From sequence record SRR20825006_339: a stretch of 64,000 nucleotides of DNA. One strand, written 5' to 3'. Every line of letters begins with the position of its first letter. The first letter of the stretch is position 1. The notes beneath the pieces were generated by a model. That model made no database searches. It worked only from the letters and a program-made list of their open reading frames with translations, and was not told the DNA's origin. Of this stretch, positions 1 through 10,326 are shown piece after piece. The position numbers were made by a program, and so were the translations under genes.

Positions 1-1042
1 ATGCTGTTAAAGAACCGCCACCTTTTACAAAAGGTCTAAGTGATTCTGGAATATTGTTCATAGACTGAGCTACTTTATCATCTCTAATGATTTTAGCAGA
101 TCTTTCTAAAAGACGACTATGTAAATAGAACACATCGCCAGGATAAGCTTCGCGACCAGGAGGACGTTTCAGCAATAATGACATTTCACGGTAAGCAACA
201 GCTTGTTTCGATAAATCATCATAAATAACTAACGCATGGCGCCCAGTATCTCTAATGTACTCGCCAATAGCTGCGCCTGCAAAAGGAGCAATATAACGCA
301 TAGGAGCAGTTGCACTTGCTGGAGCTGAAACAATAACGGTGTAATCCATAGCGCCATTATCTTCTAACGCTTTTTGGATACCTGCTACTGTAGAACCTTT
401 TTGCCCGATTGCAACATAAATACAGAGAACAGGATTATCAGAATCCTGAGTAGCACGCTGATTTATAATAGTATCTACTGCAACAGAAGTTTTACCAGTC
501 TGGCGATCACCAATAATAAGCTCACGCTGCCCACGTCCAATAGGAATCAAAGAATCAATAGCTTTAATACCAGTTTGAAGGGGCTCAGTTACTGGCTCAC
601 GATAAATTACACCAGGAGCTTTTCTCTCAAGCGGTAATTTGATAGTATCTCCAGATATTGGTCCTTTACCATCAATTGGAACTCCAAGAGGATCAATAAC
701 ACGTCCTAAAACGCCTTCACCTACATTGATAGAAGCGATATCTTTAGTACGTTTTACAGTGTGGCCTTCTTCAACAGCATTAGAAGAACCGAATAATACG
801 ATCCCTACGTTGTCTTCTTCAAGGTTAAGAACCATACCTGTAACGCTTTTACCTTCTTCATCTTTCGAATCAGGTAACACTACAAGTTCTCCTTGTTGTA
901 CTTTAGAAAGTCCGTATACGCGAGCGATACCGTCTCCTACTTCAAGTACGGTTCCTACATCATAAACTTCTGCTTCATTATCGAAGCCGGCAAGCTGCTT
1001 ACGCAGAATGGCTGAAACTTCGTCGGGTCTGACTTGGCTCAT
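1..1042 (-). CDS. atpA: F1F0 ATP synthase subunit alpha (5' part; runs off the window edge)
   Basis: Not in the ORF track. Manual translation from the minus-strand ATG at 1042 gives [21 protein letters not shown]...[11 protein letters not shown]. It contains Walker A GDRQTGKT and [22 protein letters not shown] and follows atpH. Confidence 0.97.
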   Translation of the reverse strand, partial: MSQVRPDEVSAILRKQLAGFDNEAEVYDVGTVLEVGDGIARVYGLSKVQQGELVVLPDSKDEEGKSVTGMVLNLEEDNVGIVLFGSSNAVEEGHTVKRTKDIASINVGEGVLGRVIDPLGVPIDGKGPISGDTIKLPLERKAPGVIYREPVTEPLQTGIKAIDSLIPIGRGQRELIIGDRQTGKTSVAVDTIINQRATQDSDNPVLCIYVAIGQKGSTVAGIQKALEDNGAMDYTVIVSAPASATAPMRYIAPFAGAAIGEYIRDTGRHALVIYDDLSKQAVAYREMSLLLKRPPGREAYPGDVFYLHSRLLERSAKIIRDDKVAQSMNNIPESLRPFVKGGGSLTA

Positions 1043-1075
1043 TGTTTTACTTTAATTTCTGAATCTGTTCAATTT

Positions 1076-1624
1076 CTATTCCATCGATGATTCGAGGAAC
1101 AGCGTTTCGAGCTGATTTAATTTATATTTAACTGTTGCGTCTATGACGGTATCTTCAATTTTCACTGAAATACCACCAATTAAATCTGCTTGTACTTTCT
1201 GTGAAAGGTCAACTTTTTTAGAAGTTGCTTTCTCAAGACTGTCAGTAAGCTTAGCAAGCTGTTCTTTATCAAGAGCCTGTGCCGTGCTAACTTCTACCGA
1301 AATGATGCCTGCATACTTGTTGTATTCTATTACAAAGGCAGAAACGATATCATATAAAATATCTTCTCTACCTTTTTCCGTAATAAGAGAAACAAACTGA
1401 GCAGCCTCTTTTGATATTCTACTATCAAATATAGAGGCCAACACTTCTTTCTTATCCTTAGGCTTAACAATTGGGCTTTTTAGAAAAAGCGAAAGTTCTT
1501 TAGAACCCTCAATTGTAGCTTTAATGGAAAGCATGTCTTCAAGCGAAGTTTCTACAACCTTTCCCTCTTTAGACGTTTCAAGAAATGCTATAGCGTAACG
1601 GCGTGCTGCTTTTGATACCAACAT
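1076..1624 (-). CDS. atpH: ATP synthase F1 subunit delta
   Basis: ARRYA N-terminus and LIGGI..KIEDTVIDAT C-terminal motif; operon position. Confidence 0.96.
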   Translation of the reverse strand: MLVSKAARRYAIAFLETSKEGKVVETSLEDMLSIKATIEGSKELSLFLKSPIVKPKDKKEVLASIFDSRISKEAAQFVSLITEKGREDILYDIVSAFVIEYNKYAGIISVEVSTAQALDKEQLAKLTDSLEKATSKKVDLSQKVQADLIGGISVKIEDTVIDATVKYKLNQLETLFLESSME

Positions 1625-1635
1625 TAATGTTATGC

Positions 1636-2151
1636 TTAGTTGTTAGACAAGTCGTTAATAAAATTATCGACAAGCTTATTATTCTTATTGTTATCTAATT
1701 CTGCATCTATAATTATAGAAGCAGACTTAATAGCTAATTGCGCAACTTCATTACGAAGTTCTAAAAGAGCACGTTTCTTTTCTTGCTCAATAGAGGCTTT
1801 AGCTTGCTCAATAATTTGAGCCGCTTCATCCTTGGCTTTCGAAATACGTTCGGTTCGAAGTTGTTCCGCGTCTTCTAAAGCTTCCTTTCGGATTTTTTGA
1901 GCTTTAGTTTCTGCATCACGTAGCGCTTTGTCGTTATCTTTCGATACTTGTTCTGCTCTTGCTAAAGCTTTTTCCGCAGACTCCAAAGAGTCTTTGATGC
2001 TAGCTTCGCGAGCAGTAAGCGCAGTCATGATTGGTGGAACAGCGTACTTCATCATCACCGCAATGAATAGAATCATGGATACTAAAATCCATAACGCAAA
2101 CCCTGGGTTAAATGAAAGTAAACCTCCTCCGCCGGCTAAAAGAAAAGTCAT
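1636..2151 (-). CDS. atpF: ATP synthase F0 subunit b
   Basis: Single N-terminal TM helix followed by an Ala/Glu/Lys-rich coiled coil; lies between atpE and atpH. Confidence 0.96.
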   Translation of the reverse strand: MTFLLAGGGGLLSFNPGFALWILVSMILFIAVMMKYAVPPIMTALTAREASIKDSLESAEKALARAEQVSKDNDKALRDAETKAQKIRKEALEDAEQLRTERISKAKDEAAQIIEQAKASIEQEKKRALLELRNEVAQLAIKSASIIIDAELDNNKNNKLVDNFINDLSNN

Positions 2152-2167
2152 CTTTTATCGCTTTTAA

Positions 2168-2434
<267 letters not shown>

Positions 2435-3484
2435 TTATGCTACGTGTTCAGCATTATAATGTTCTTCGTCATGATGATGATCTTCTGCAGCCATTCCAAT
2501 GAATACTGCTGACAATAGGGTGAAAATATAAGCCTGTAGTAACCCTACAAAAACCTTAAGTGCGTATAACACTACTGTTAATGAAACGGAAACAATACTG
2601 ATTCCGTAAGCCCCTATTGATCCAAAAAGTTCTGCAAATATAAATATTAAGCCCAAAATGGCAATAATCATAATTTTACCAGATAGCATATTAGCGAATA
2701 ATCGAATAGCTAATGCAAAAGGTTTTGTAAACATACCCAAAACCTCTACTGGAGTAAGAATAATTCTTACCCAACCTGGAACACCAGGGAACCAAAAGAT
2801 GTGACCCCAATAATCTTTTGTTCCACTAAACTGAGTTACAAAAAATGTAATTACTGCAAGCGTAGCTGTTACCGTCAAATCTGCTGTGGCAGTAGCTGCC
2901 CATGGTAACAGACCAAATAAGTTCATAAAAGCGATACCCATAAACATTGTAAAGAGATAAGGAACGTATTTATCAGCCTTATGATCGTCTATGTTAGCCC
3001 TTGAAACATCGTCCCTAATAAATAAGAATAACACTTCAAACATGTTCTGCAACCAGCCTTTTGGCTCAACTTCTTGCCCAACACCTTTTTTGTACCTACT
3101 AGACATAGCAAAGGTAAACCATATTGCTAAACCCATTCCTAACCAAAAGTATACTAGGTGAGAAGTAATTGAAAAATCTATTACGATATGCCCGCCATTT
3201 GTCGGTACTAAAACATGGTCAACATCTTCAAACAACCCAGATTCAATAGCAGCTTGCGTACTTCCTGAAACTTCAAAACTCACATTACCTTCTGCACTTT
3301 CCAAAACAATTAACCTTGGAAGCGGAATATGAATACTAAATAAATTAAAATAATCGTGGTCTGCAACAGTTCCCATTACATCTAAAGGTGAGCCACCGCT
3401 CTTCTCTTCAGCTGCAGAAGTGGTTGATGTGCTCACTGAAATAAACAAAAATGTGAGGAATAAGCGACGAAGCGTCTGGATCAT
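2435..3484 (-). CDS. atpB: ATP synthase F0 subunit a, with N-terminal signal-like extension
   Basis: KPFALAIRLFANM and LQAYIF motifs. Confidence 0.97.
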   Translation of the reverse strand: MIQTLRRLFLTFLFISVSTSTTSAAEEKSGGSPLDVMGTVADHDYFNLFSIHIPLPRLIVLESAEGNVSFEVSGSTQAAIESGLFEDVDHVLVPTNGGHIVIDFSITSHLVYFWLGMGLAIWFTFAMSSRYKKGVGQEVEPKGWLQNMFEVLFLFIRDDVSRANIDDHKADKYVPYLFTMFMGIAFMNLFGLLPWAATATADLTVTATLAVITFFVTQFSGTKDYWGHIFWFPGVPGWVRIILTPVEVLGMFTKPFALAIRLFANMLSGKIMIIAILGLIFIFAELFGSIGAYGISIVSVSLTVVLYALKVFVGLLQAYIFTLLSAVFIGMAAEDHHHDEEHYNAEHVA

Positions 3485-3489
3485 TACTA

Positions 3490-3855
3490 TTAGCTACTTT
3501 TTTTGTGTAAAAGTTGGTTGAATAAAATCATTTCCGTTACAGAATGATAAAGATAGGAAATTATAAAACTAACTGTAAAGAAGATTTCGTCAATTTTTTC
3601 TAATTGTAGAAAAAAGATTAGTGCTACTAGCACTACGATGAACCGAATGAACATCGCAAAGAAAAAAACCTCAGTAAACGTACCCCATTCGCTATCTATT
3701 AATCTTTCATTAATCCAAGCGCTAGTTAAAACGAAAACAAAACTTAGCAAGAAACCTAGTAACCCTGAACCGATTAGCTGAATATGAACGAAAAAGAACA
3801 GAACCCCGATAAGAATCAGGAGCGGAATATTAAATTTCAAAAAGCGTAAAACCAT
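3490..3855 (-). CDS. AtpI-like four-TM membrane protein
   Basis: About four hydrophobic helices, immediately upstream of atpB. Confidence 0.65.
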   Translation of the reverse strand: MVLRFLKFNIPLLILIGVLFFFVHIQLIGSGLLGFLLSFVFVLTSAWINERLIDSEWGTFTEVFFFAMFIRFIVVLVALIFFLQLEKIDEIFFTVSFIISYLYHSVTEMILFNQLLHKKSS

Positions 3856-4079
3856 TATCCGAGATCGTCAATTTTTTTACTGTTCTCGAATCTCTTTGAG
3901 ATTTTCATAATTATTAAGAAAAAAATAACAATCCCAACAACCGCCCCTATTAGCACTCCAAAAGGTGACGTTGCAAAAAAGAAATCGACCCCGTACCCTA
4001 GCCCAATAGGGATTAACAGCGAGGCAGCGATTTCACTGCCTAAACTTAGGTATTGAGCATATTCTTCGGATATTGCCAA
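3855..4079 (-). CDS. AtpZ/AtpI family protein (ATPase gene 1)
   Basis: Two TM helices with G.G.D...F.TSP pattern; TTG start; stop overlaps the next start by 1 nt. Confidence 0.8.
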   Translation of the reverse strand: MAISEEYAQYLSLGSEIAASLLIPIGLGYGVDFFFATSPFGVLIGAVVGIVIFFLIIMKISKRFENSKKIDDLG

Positions 4080-4087
4080 GTTTAATC

Positions 4088-4528
4088 CTAAGAGCTTTTC
4101 ATTTTTGTTTCTTGTACAAATTCAGCATCACTATCTGAGGATAGGTTTAAAGACCCAGCTCCCATTTTGCATGAGCCATTTATTTGAGCACCTTCTTCTA
4201 CAATTACTGTTTTCGTAAATATATTCCCATCGATTACAGCACTATGTCTAAGCACAAGTTTATTTGTAACTCGAATATCGCCTTCCACTCTTCCTGCAAT
4301 ATCGGCGTCGCTTGAAGTAGCATTTCCTTTAACCAGACCTTTATCAGTTATAATAATTTTACCTTTAGATACAGCCTCGCCAGTAATGGAGCCACTAATT
4401 CTTATATCTGAACCAGTTTGAATATTCCCTTTAATTTTAGTGCCTTCACTAATGATATTAACCGATGGTGTTGTGTTATTTGTAGAACTATTACTCACGA
4501 CTTTCTTCTTTTTATTTGCGTTAAACAT
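4088..4528 (-). CDS. Polymer-forming cytoskeletal protein (bactofilin, CcmA-like)
   Basis: Beta-helix repeats IISEGTKIKGNI...IRISGSITG...IAGRVEGDI...VEEGAQINGSCKM. Confidence 0.93.
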   Translation of the reverse strand: MFNANKKKKVVSNSSTNNTTPSVNIISEGTKIKGNIQTGSDIRISGSITGEAVSKGKIIITDKGLVKGNATSSDADIAGRVEGDIRVTNKLVLRHSAVIDGNIFTKTVIVEEGAQINGSCKMGAGSLNLSSDSDAEFVQETKMKSS

Positions 4529-4534
4529 ACCTGA

Positions 4535-5392
4535 TTATTGTATTAAGTATAATAATGGATTTTGAGGAACTCCATTCTTCCATATTTCAAAATGTAAGTG
4601 AGGACCTGAACTTGAAATTCCAGTATCACCCGTCAACCCTAACATGTCACCTTTTAGCACGCTATCTCCTTCTTGCTTGTATAGCTTTGAACAATGCTTA
4701 TACGTTGAAACAAGTCCATCGCTGTGCTGAATAGATAGTACGTAACCAAAATCTAGCGTCCAAGAAGAAGAAATCACAGTTCCATCAGCAACGTTGGTTA
4801 GAATCTGATCTTTTTTTGTAGCAATATCAATTCCGAAGTGTCCATTCTCAGGCTCATACCCTCTAGTATTTGTTCCTTGAGCTGGATATCTGGAAGGGAA
4901 ATCTGAAGCACTATTAATAATGTTTGATGTTAAAAAATCACTATTATTAACTTCATCAAAAACATTTACATATTCAAAAGACTGTAAAGAATTTTCTTCA
5001 AGTTGCGTTCTTGAAATAAGTGCATCCGTAAGCTTTTGATCTTGAGCTAGCGTTGTGTCTTTATTTGTTCGAATCACATCTTTAATAACTAGTAGCTGGC
5101 GGTCCCTAACATCGAGAGAGTCTTGCAGTGCTAGTAACCGTTCAGAAATATTTTCGATCTCCCCTCTAATCTCAGCTTCATCCGAACTATACAGCAACCC
5201 ACCTAATGGGGTGAGCATAAATATAAGTACCACTAACAAAGCCAATGTTATGGAGGTAATTAACCAAGTTCCAAATAAGGAATTAGGCTTTAAGATATAC
5301 GAGTTATCCTTACCAGGGCTAGAATCATCTAGTAATAATACCTTTATTGTTCTATGACGCTCTTTAAAAAGTCTTTTTAGAAATGCCTTCAT
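4535..5392 (-). CDS. M23 family metallo-endopeptidase with TM anchor and coiled coil
   Basis: HFGID (HxxxD) and GPHLHFEIW (HxH) motifs. Confidence 0.93.
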   Translation of the reverse strand: MKAFLKRLFKERHRTIKVLLLDDSSPGKDNSYILKPNSLFGTWLITSITLALLVVLIFMLTPLGGLLYSSDEAEIRGEIENISERLLALQDSLDVRDRQLLVIKDVIRTNKDTTLAQDQKLTDALISRTQLEENSLQSFEYVNVFDEVNNSDFLTSNIINSASDFPSRYPAQGTNTRGYEPENGHFGIDIATKKDQILTNVADGTVISSSWTLDFGYVLSIQHSDGLVSTYKHCSKLYKQEGDSVLKGDMLGLTGDTGISSSGPHLHFEIWKNGVPQNPLLYLIQ

Positions 5393-5393
5393 T

Positions 5394-6683
5394 CTACGAT
5401 TCCATCGGCTTGGCTTGATTGGTTTCTATAACTTCTGAGAATAATTTAGCTAATTCAGCAGCTATTCTACTCCTGTCATATTGCACAACGAATTTATAAT
5501 TCGCAATCGGAAATGTTTTGTTTTCGAAATCTCTGAATATTTTCTGCAATTCCGAGTTAATTTCGTTCTTTGAACCTGGGTTTGCAGTATAAAAAGCACC
5601 ATACTCACCTAGCAAGGTTCTTGTCCCTCCTTCAGGCACAAGAGCTAAAATAGGTTTCTTTGTTCCAAAATATTCAAACATTTTGCCTACTGTAACTTTA
5701 TCTGAATGGTTCATGTGCCCTACCATTAGCCAAAGCACATCAGCTTTCATAATATTTTTAACCGCTACTTTATGGTTCACATATCCATAATCTTTAATCA
5801 CTTCCTGGAGCTTATACTTCTCAATGAGCAATAAGGTCTGAGCGTCTAAACCTCCTTGAAAGTGAAGTTCAAGCTTACTTTTGTAATCAGGCTTCTCTAA
5901 CAGTAGCTCATAAATAGATTCTAAAAAAAGATCCGGTTTTCTATCCCCATAGAATAAACCGCTATAAAAAAGAGTCAATTTGCCGGATTTTCGCTGTTCA
6001 TTAGACTCTATAGCAAAGTCTTCGGGATCATATCCTTGATTGATTACTCTAATGTCTAGTGCAGGATATCTGCTACCAATAGATTCCTTGTAAGGTTCAT
6101 TGATAACGGTCAAAACATTGGCTTGAGAAAGAGTCTCAGCCTCAATCTTCTGCATTTGTTTTTTATGCCAGCTTGTTGGGTATTTAATGAGATGACTTTC
6201 AAGCCATTCATCTCGTAAATCCATAACCACAGGAAGCCCCGTATTCTTTTTTAAATTGCCAGCTAACATTAAATTGCTATAAGGTGCTGCCGTTGAGAAA
6301 ATTATTTCTATATTTTTTTTCTCAATAAGCTCTAGAGCTAGTTTTTGTGCTGGTTCAATCCATCCTTTTTTATTATCTGGGAGCCAAAAGAAAACTGATA
6401 CTTTGCGTAGTATTTGAGTTAACCAATTAGGTAGACTTACTTTTTTTTGAGCACCAGTCTTATGAAAAGGAGTGTTTCCTTTTACTCTATGAACTTCTAT
6501 ATCTAGTTGTGCCAACTCTTCGGCTAAAGAGTCGTCGAAGGTGTGATAAGCTCCCGGCTCTGGACAGAGCACTATCGGGTTCCAACCAGATTTGCGTAAA
6601 TACTTTACGAATTTAAGTGGACGCTGAACTCCACTCCCCCCCATAGGAGGAAAGTAGTAAGCAATGAAAAGAACATTTTTCAT
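5394..6683 (-). CDS. Glycosyltransferase family 4 (GT-B)
   Basis: N-terminal IAYYFPPMGGSGVQR, NQGYD and GKMFEY motifs. Confidence 0.88.
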   Translation of the reverse strand: MKNVLFIAYYFPPMGGSGVQRPLKFVKYLRKSGWNPIVLCPEPGAYHTFDDSLAEELAQLDIEVHRVKGNTPFHKTGAQKKVSLPNWLTQILRKVSVFFWLPDNKKGWIEPAQKLALELIEKKNIEIIFSTAAPYSNLMLAGNLKKNTGLPVVMDLRDEWLESHLIKYPTSWHKKQMQKIEAETLSQANVLTVINEPYKESIGSRYPALDIRVINQGYDPEDFAIESNEQRKSGKLTLFYSGLFYGDRKPDLFLESIYELLLEKPDYKSKLELHFQGGLDAQTLLLIEKYKLQEVIKDYGYVNHKVAVKNIMKADVLWLMVGHMNHSDKVTVGKMFEYFGTKKPILALVPEGGTRTLLGEYGAFYTANPGSKNEINSELQKIFRDFENKTFPIANYKFVVQYDRSRIAAELAKLFSEVIETNQAKPMES

Positions 6684-6697
6684 TTAAACAGCTTGGT

Positions 6698-8182
6698 TCA
6701 TAAAGAGTAATTAGGTGCTTCTTTAGTAATCTGCACAGAATGTGGATGGCTTTCTTTGTAGGCTGCTGCAGAGATCTGAACGAATTCAGCTTTCCTCATA
6801 TCTTGGCTATTTTTTGCGCCAACATATCCCATCGCAGCTCTTAGGCCGCCTATCATTTGATGAACAACTTCACTTAAAGTTCCTTTATAAGCCACTCGCC
6901 CTTCAATTCCTTCAGGAACTAATTTTTTAATATCGTCTTCCACATCTTGAAAATATCGATCTTTTGAACCTTTGTTCATCGCTCCGATACTTCCCATTCC
7001 ACGATAGGATTTGTATTTCCGAGATTCGTAAATAATAGTCTCACTTGGGCTTTCATCAACGCCTGCAAACATAGACCCCATCATTACAACATCAGCACCA
7101 CCGACAATTGCTTTTGGAATATCTCCTGTTTGCTTAATTCCACCATCAGCTATTAATCCAATTCCATTGGCGTTGCAATATGCAGCAACTTCCATTACAG
7201 CGCTAAGCTGAGGAACTCCAACACCTGTTACAATTCGCGTTGTACAAATAGAACCTGGCCCAACACCCACTTTTACAACATCCGCACCAGCAGCTACTAA
7301 AGCTTCTGCAGCAGCACGAGTGGCAATATTGCCGCCAATGATATTCAAATTTGGATATTTTTCTTTAATGAGAGTGATTGTTTTTAATACTCCATCAGAA
7401 TGGCCGTGAGCCGTATCAACAGTAATTATATCTACGCCGGCTGTAACCAGAGCATCTACACGCTCTAATGTGTCTGCAGTTACACCAACAGCTGCACCAA
7501 CTCTTAATCTCCCTAAATCATCTTTACAAGCATTAGGGAAGTTCATTTTCTTCTCAATATCTTTGAATGTAATTAACCCAACTAATTTATTTGAGTTATC
7601 AACAATAGGCAACTTCTCAACTTTATACTTCTGAAGAATTTGCTCCGCTTGTTTTAGCGTAGTTCCTTCTTTGGCAGTAATTAAATTCTCGTGGGTCATT
7701 ATTTCACCCAGCTTGCGCCCTAGTTCCGACTCAAACCTTAAATCTCTATTGGTTACTATTCCAATAAGTAACCCTTTCTCATCTACAATCGGAATCCCAC
7801 CAATCTTATGCATACTCATTAGTGCTCTAGCGTCATTAATAGTAGCCGTTTTATGTAAAGTAACGGGATCTACAATCATTCCGCTTTCGCTTCTCTTAAC
7901 TAAGCGAACCTGCTCAGCTTGCTCCTCAATAGTCATATTTTTGTGGAGCATTGCAATTCCCCCCTCTCTAGCTAGTGCAATAGCTAATCGATACTCAGAA
8001 ACTGTATCCATCGCGGCACTTACAATCGGAATATTTAGCTTTAATGTGGGAGTGAGCTGAACGCTAGTATCTACATCGCGTGGAAGCACTTGAGAATAGT
8101 TTGGAACAAGAAGAACGTCATCGTAGGTGAGCCCTTGCCGAGTGATTCGATCAAACGGTGAGGATTCGTTCATTTTAGGCAT
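6698..8182 (-). CDS. guaB: IMP dehydrogenase with CBS pair
   Basis: [10 protein letters not shown], catalytic [13 protein letters not shown] and YRGMGS motifs. Confidence 0.98.
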   Translation of the reverse strand: MPKMNESSPFDRITRQGLTYDDVLLVPNYSQVLPRDVDTSVQLTPTLKLNIPIVSAAMDTVSEYRLAIALAREGGIAMLHKNMTIEEQAEQVRLVKRSESGMIVDPVTLHKTATINDARALMSMHKIGGIPIVDEKGLLIGIVTNRDLRFESELGRKLGEIMTHENLITAKEGTTLKQAEQILQKYKVEKLPIVDNSNKLVGLITFKDIEKKMNFPNACKDDLGRLRVGAAVGVTADTLERVDALVTAGVDIITVDTAHGHSDGVLKTITLIKEKYPNLNIIGGNIATRAAAEALVAAGADVVKVGVGPGSICTTRIVTGVGVPQLSAVMEVAAYCNANGIGLIADGGIKQTGDIPKAIVGGADVVMMGSMFAGVDESPSETIIYESRKYKSYRGMGSIGAMNKGSKDRYFQDVEDDIKKLVPEGIEGRVAYKGTLSEVVHQMIGGLRAAMGYVGAKNSQDMRKAEFVQISAAAYKESHPHSVQITKEAPNYSL

Positions 8183-8189
8183 AGAACAG

Positions 8190-8220
8190 TATATTTGGCT
8201 TGCAGTTTTTCAAAGATACG
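8190..8220. promoter_or_regulatory. Two oppositely oriented TAnnTTTG (-7)-type promoter elements between the divergent guaB and 8329 genes
   Basis: TATATTTG on + at 8190-8197 points to the 8329 ORF. CGTATCTTTG on - at 8220-8211 points to guaB. Both match the Bacteroidota housekeeping -7 consensus. Confidence 0.5.
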
Positions 8221-8328
8221 AACTTCTGCAGAGGATTTAGAACCGTTCTTCCACATTTTTTGATTTTTTTCACTCAGAGTTTATTATCCTCTTCTATCGT
8301 CCCTCAAACTTTTCAAGTTTTGTAATCT

Positions 8329-9096
8329 ATGCCTTCAAACAAAAAATATTCCTTAAACGAGGTTAAATCTATTATAAAAGTTGCCTCACAACTTCAGAGT
8401 AATCATTCAGAGAATAAAGAGGAAGAGTTCTCAATAGCAGATATTCTGGAAATTGCAGAAACATCTGGCATTTCTACACAAAAAATTGAAGCTGCTATTC
8501 ATTTCCTTGAGAGCGAAGACAACGGCTACCTAACCCCCAAGGCAGATACTATTTTTTCACATGAACGTTTGATAGAGCATCAAGTTACTCCTCAAATTTG
8601 GGAGCGTATAGTGAGAGAGTGCAGAACTTATTTTGATGATTTGGGGCAAACGAATCATTTCGGTAATACTTTTGAATGGTTTGGAAAAACTAAGAACAAA
8701 ACCGTTGTACACATCTCTATTTCTTCTGGGAAAGACATAAGCCGATTAAAACTTCATGTAGATTACTCTTCTATTTCAACCAAAATTAAAATAATAGCAT
8801 CATTAGCAGGATTTATTTCCTTCGCAATTATCTCATCAATGCTGAATTTAGACTCGATATCTAACTTTGTACCACTCGTTCTAAATCTTACAGGTGCAGG
8901 ATTTGGATACCTATCTAGTTCATCTATTTTAAAGCGTTACTTGAAAAATAAATACAAATTCTACACTACTTTTATTGATAATACTTCGAAACTTATATCT
9001 TCTAGATTCGAAAAGAAAATCTCTATAAATGAAGATACCTCGGTTGAAGATGAGGATACTATATTGAATAAAGGACATAACAGGGCGCGAGTTTGA
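8329..9096 (+). CDS. Hypothetical two-TM membrane protein (paralog A)
   Basis: 255-aa ORF, clearly similar to the adjacent ORF. Confidence 0.8.
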   Translation: MPSNKKYSLNEVKSIIKVASQLQSNHSENKEEEFSIADILEIAETSGISTQKIEAAIHFLESEDNGYLTPKADTIFSHERLIEHQVTPQIWERIVRECRTYFDDLGQTNHFGNTFEWFGKTKNKTVVHISISSGKDISRLKLHVDYSSISTKIKIIASLAGFISFAIISSMLNLDSISNFVPLVLNLTGAGFGYLSSSSILKRYLKNKYKFYTTFIDNTSKLISSRFEKKISINEDTSVEDEDTILNKGHNRARV

Positions 9097-9854
9097 AATC
9101 ACCGAATCATATCTATTCAAAAAAAGAAATTTCAAAAATTCTATCTAAAGCTTCAGAGATTCAGACTCAGAAGGATTTATATGGCAATAAAGATGGATTA
9201 ACGGAACAGGAGCTTTTAGAATTAGCAAAAGAGGTTGGGATAGACAAAGACTCTCTTCTTGAAGCGCTTAACAATGTTGACGCACCGGAGTTTGAATCAA
9301 CGTTTAAGTGGTTAAGTGCTAGCAGTAGGATTCAAGACATCTCAATAATTGATGGTGAAGTTTCACCTGAACTTTGGGAGGAAATTATTCAGGAAATACG
9401 ACGAATTACTGGTGGGATTGGGAAATCAAGCAATACTGGAAAGTCTTTAGAATGGGAACAAAGAAAGCAAGAGTTTGGATATAAACATATCTCACTAACT
9501 CCACAAAATGGGAAAGTTAAATTTCAATATGTTTCTAGTTGGTCGCCTTTAAAGTTCATGACTCTACTAATGACAACCTTTCTATCTGCGACTTTCGCAC
9601 TAGTTGCTATGAAGGGTTTAGGCTATCCAAAAACTACAGCCATTCTCTTCGCTCCTCTGGGAGGCCTTATTGGTTTTTCTTTTGGAATGACATTTTTGAA
9701 ATTTTATTTCAACTCAGAAAAGAAAAAACTTCAGAATATTGTACAATCTATTTCCAAGAAAATAAGAAGCAGTAAATCTCAACGGATTCATATAGAAGAG
9801 GAAGTAGATTTGACTGAAACATCAAACATCTCCTCTTCTAAACTGAAATCTTAA
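9093..9854 (+). CDS. Hypothetical two-TM membrane protein (paralog B)
   Basis: 253-aa ORF; TTG start overlaps the upstream TGA by 4 nt. Confidence 0.8.
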   Translation: MKSPNHIYSKKEISKILSKASEIQTQKDLYGNKDGLTEQELLELAKEVGIDKDSLLEALNNVDAPEFESTFKWLSASSRIQDISIIDGEVSPELWEEIIQEIRRITGGIGKSSNTGKSLEWEQRKQEFGYKHISLTPQNGKVKFQYVSSWSPLKFMTLLMTTFLSATFALVAMKGLGYPKTTAILFAPLGGLIGFSFGMTFLKFYFNSEKKKLQNIVQSISKKIRSSKSQRIHIEEEVDLTETSNISSSKLKS

Positions 9855-9863
9855 TCAGAGAAA

Positions 9864-10211
9864 TCATGCTAGCTGCTTAATTTTGAGGGCTTTTATAGCT
9901 GTAATTAGCGAACAGATTCCATCTTGGTAACAAGAAACCCAATAGTGAACTGTTTCTCTGCGACGTAGAACATATGGATCACAAGAAGAAAAATAGCCCT
10001 TTAGCTCCTGAACCATAAACTTAACATCGTTGTAGATTTCGATCTTTAGCTCTTCGGGTAACTTTGCCCAGCCCATTAGTTCAAACGTTTGCTCCATTTC
10101 ATTAAACTCTTGTCTACTCTCTTTTTTAATGCGATTTAAAAGAGGAGTAACAAAAAGAGTTGTTTCAATTTGAGGAGCTACATGTGGTTTGATAGATGCA
10201 TTCGGTGTCAT
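9864..10211 (-). CDS. Hypothetical protein
   Basis: 115-aa ORF with ATG start, filling the gap; a promoter-like motif lies upstream. Confidence 0.7.
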   Translation of the reverse strand: MTPNASIKPHVAPQIETTLFVTPLLNRIKKESRQEFNEMEQTFELMGWAKLPEELKIEIYNDVKFMVQELKGYFSSCDPYVLRRRETVHYWVSCYQDGICSLITAIKALKIKQLA

Positions 10212-10240
10212 GATAGTTGGGTTTTGTTTTTTGATTTACC

Positions 10241-10281
10241 CAAATCTAATCACAAAGAGTGACAACATTATGTCACCCTTT
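10241..10281 (-). promoter_or_regulatory. TAGATTTG -7 element with an upstream 11-bp inverted repeat (candidate operator)
   Basis: AAAGAGTGACA-acatta-TGTCACCCTTT at 10254-10281; caaatcta at 10241-10248 reads TAGATTTG on minus. Confidence 0.5.
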
Positions 10282-10326
10282 TGAAAATAACTTTCCAAAA
10301 CTATTAAAGCTTCAAAAAAGAGAGTG

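Noticed and set aside
2440-2490. His-rich tail EDHHHDEEH of AtpB
   Set aside because: His-rich a-subunit termini are common in this phylum group; no further support for a special role.
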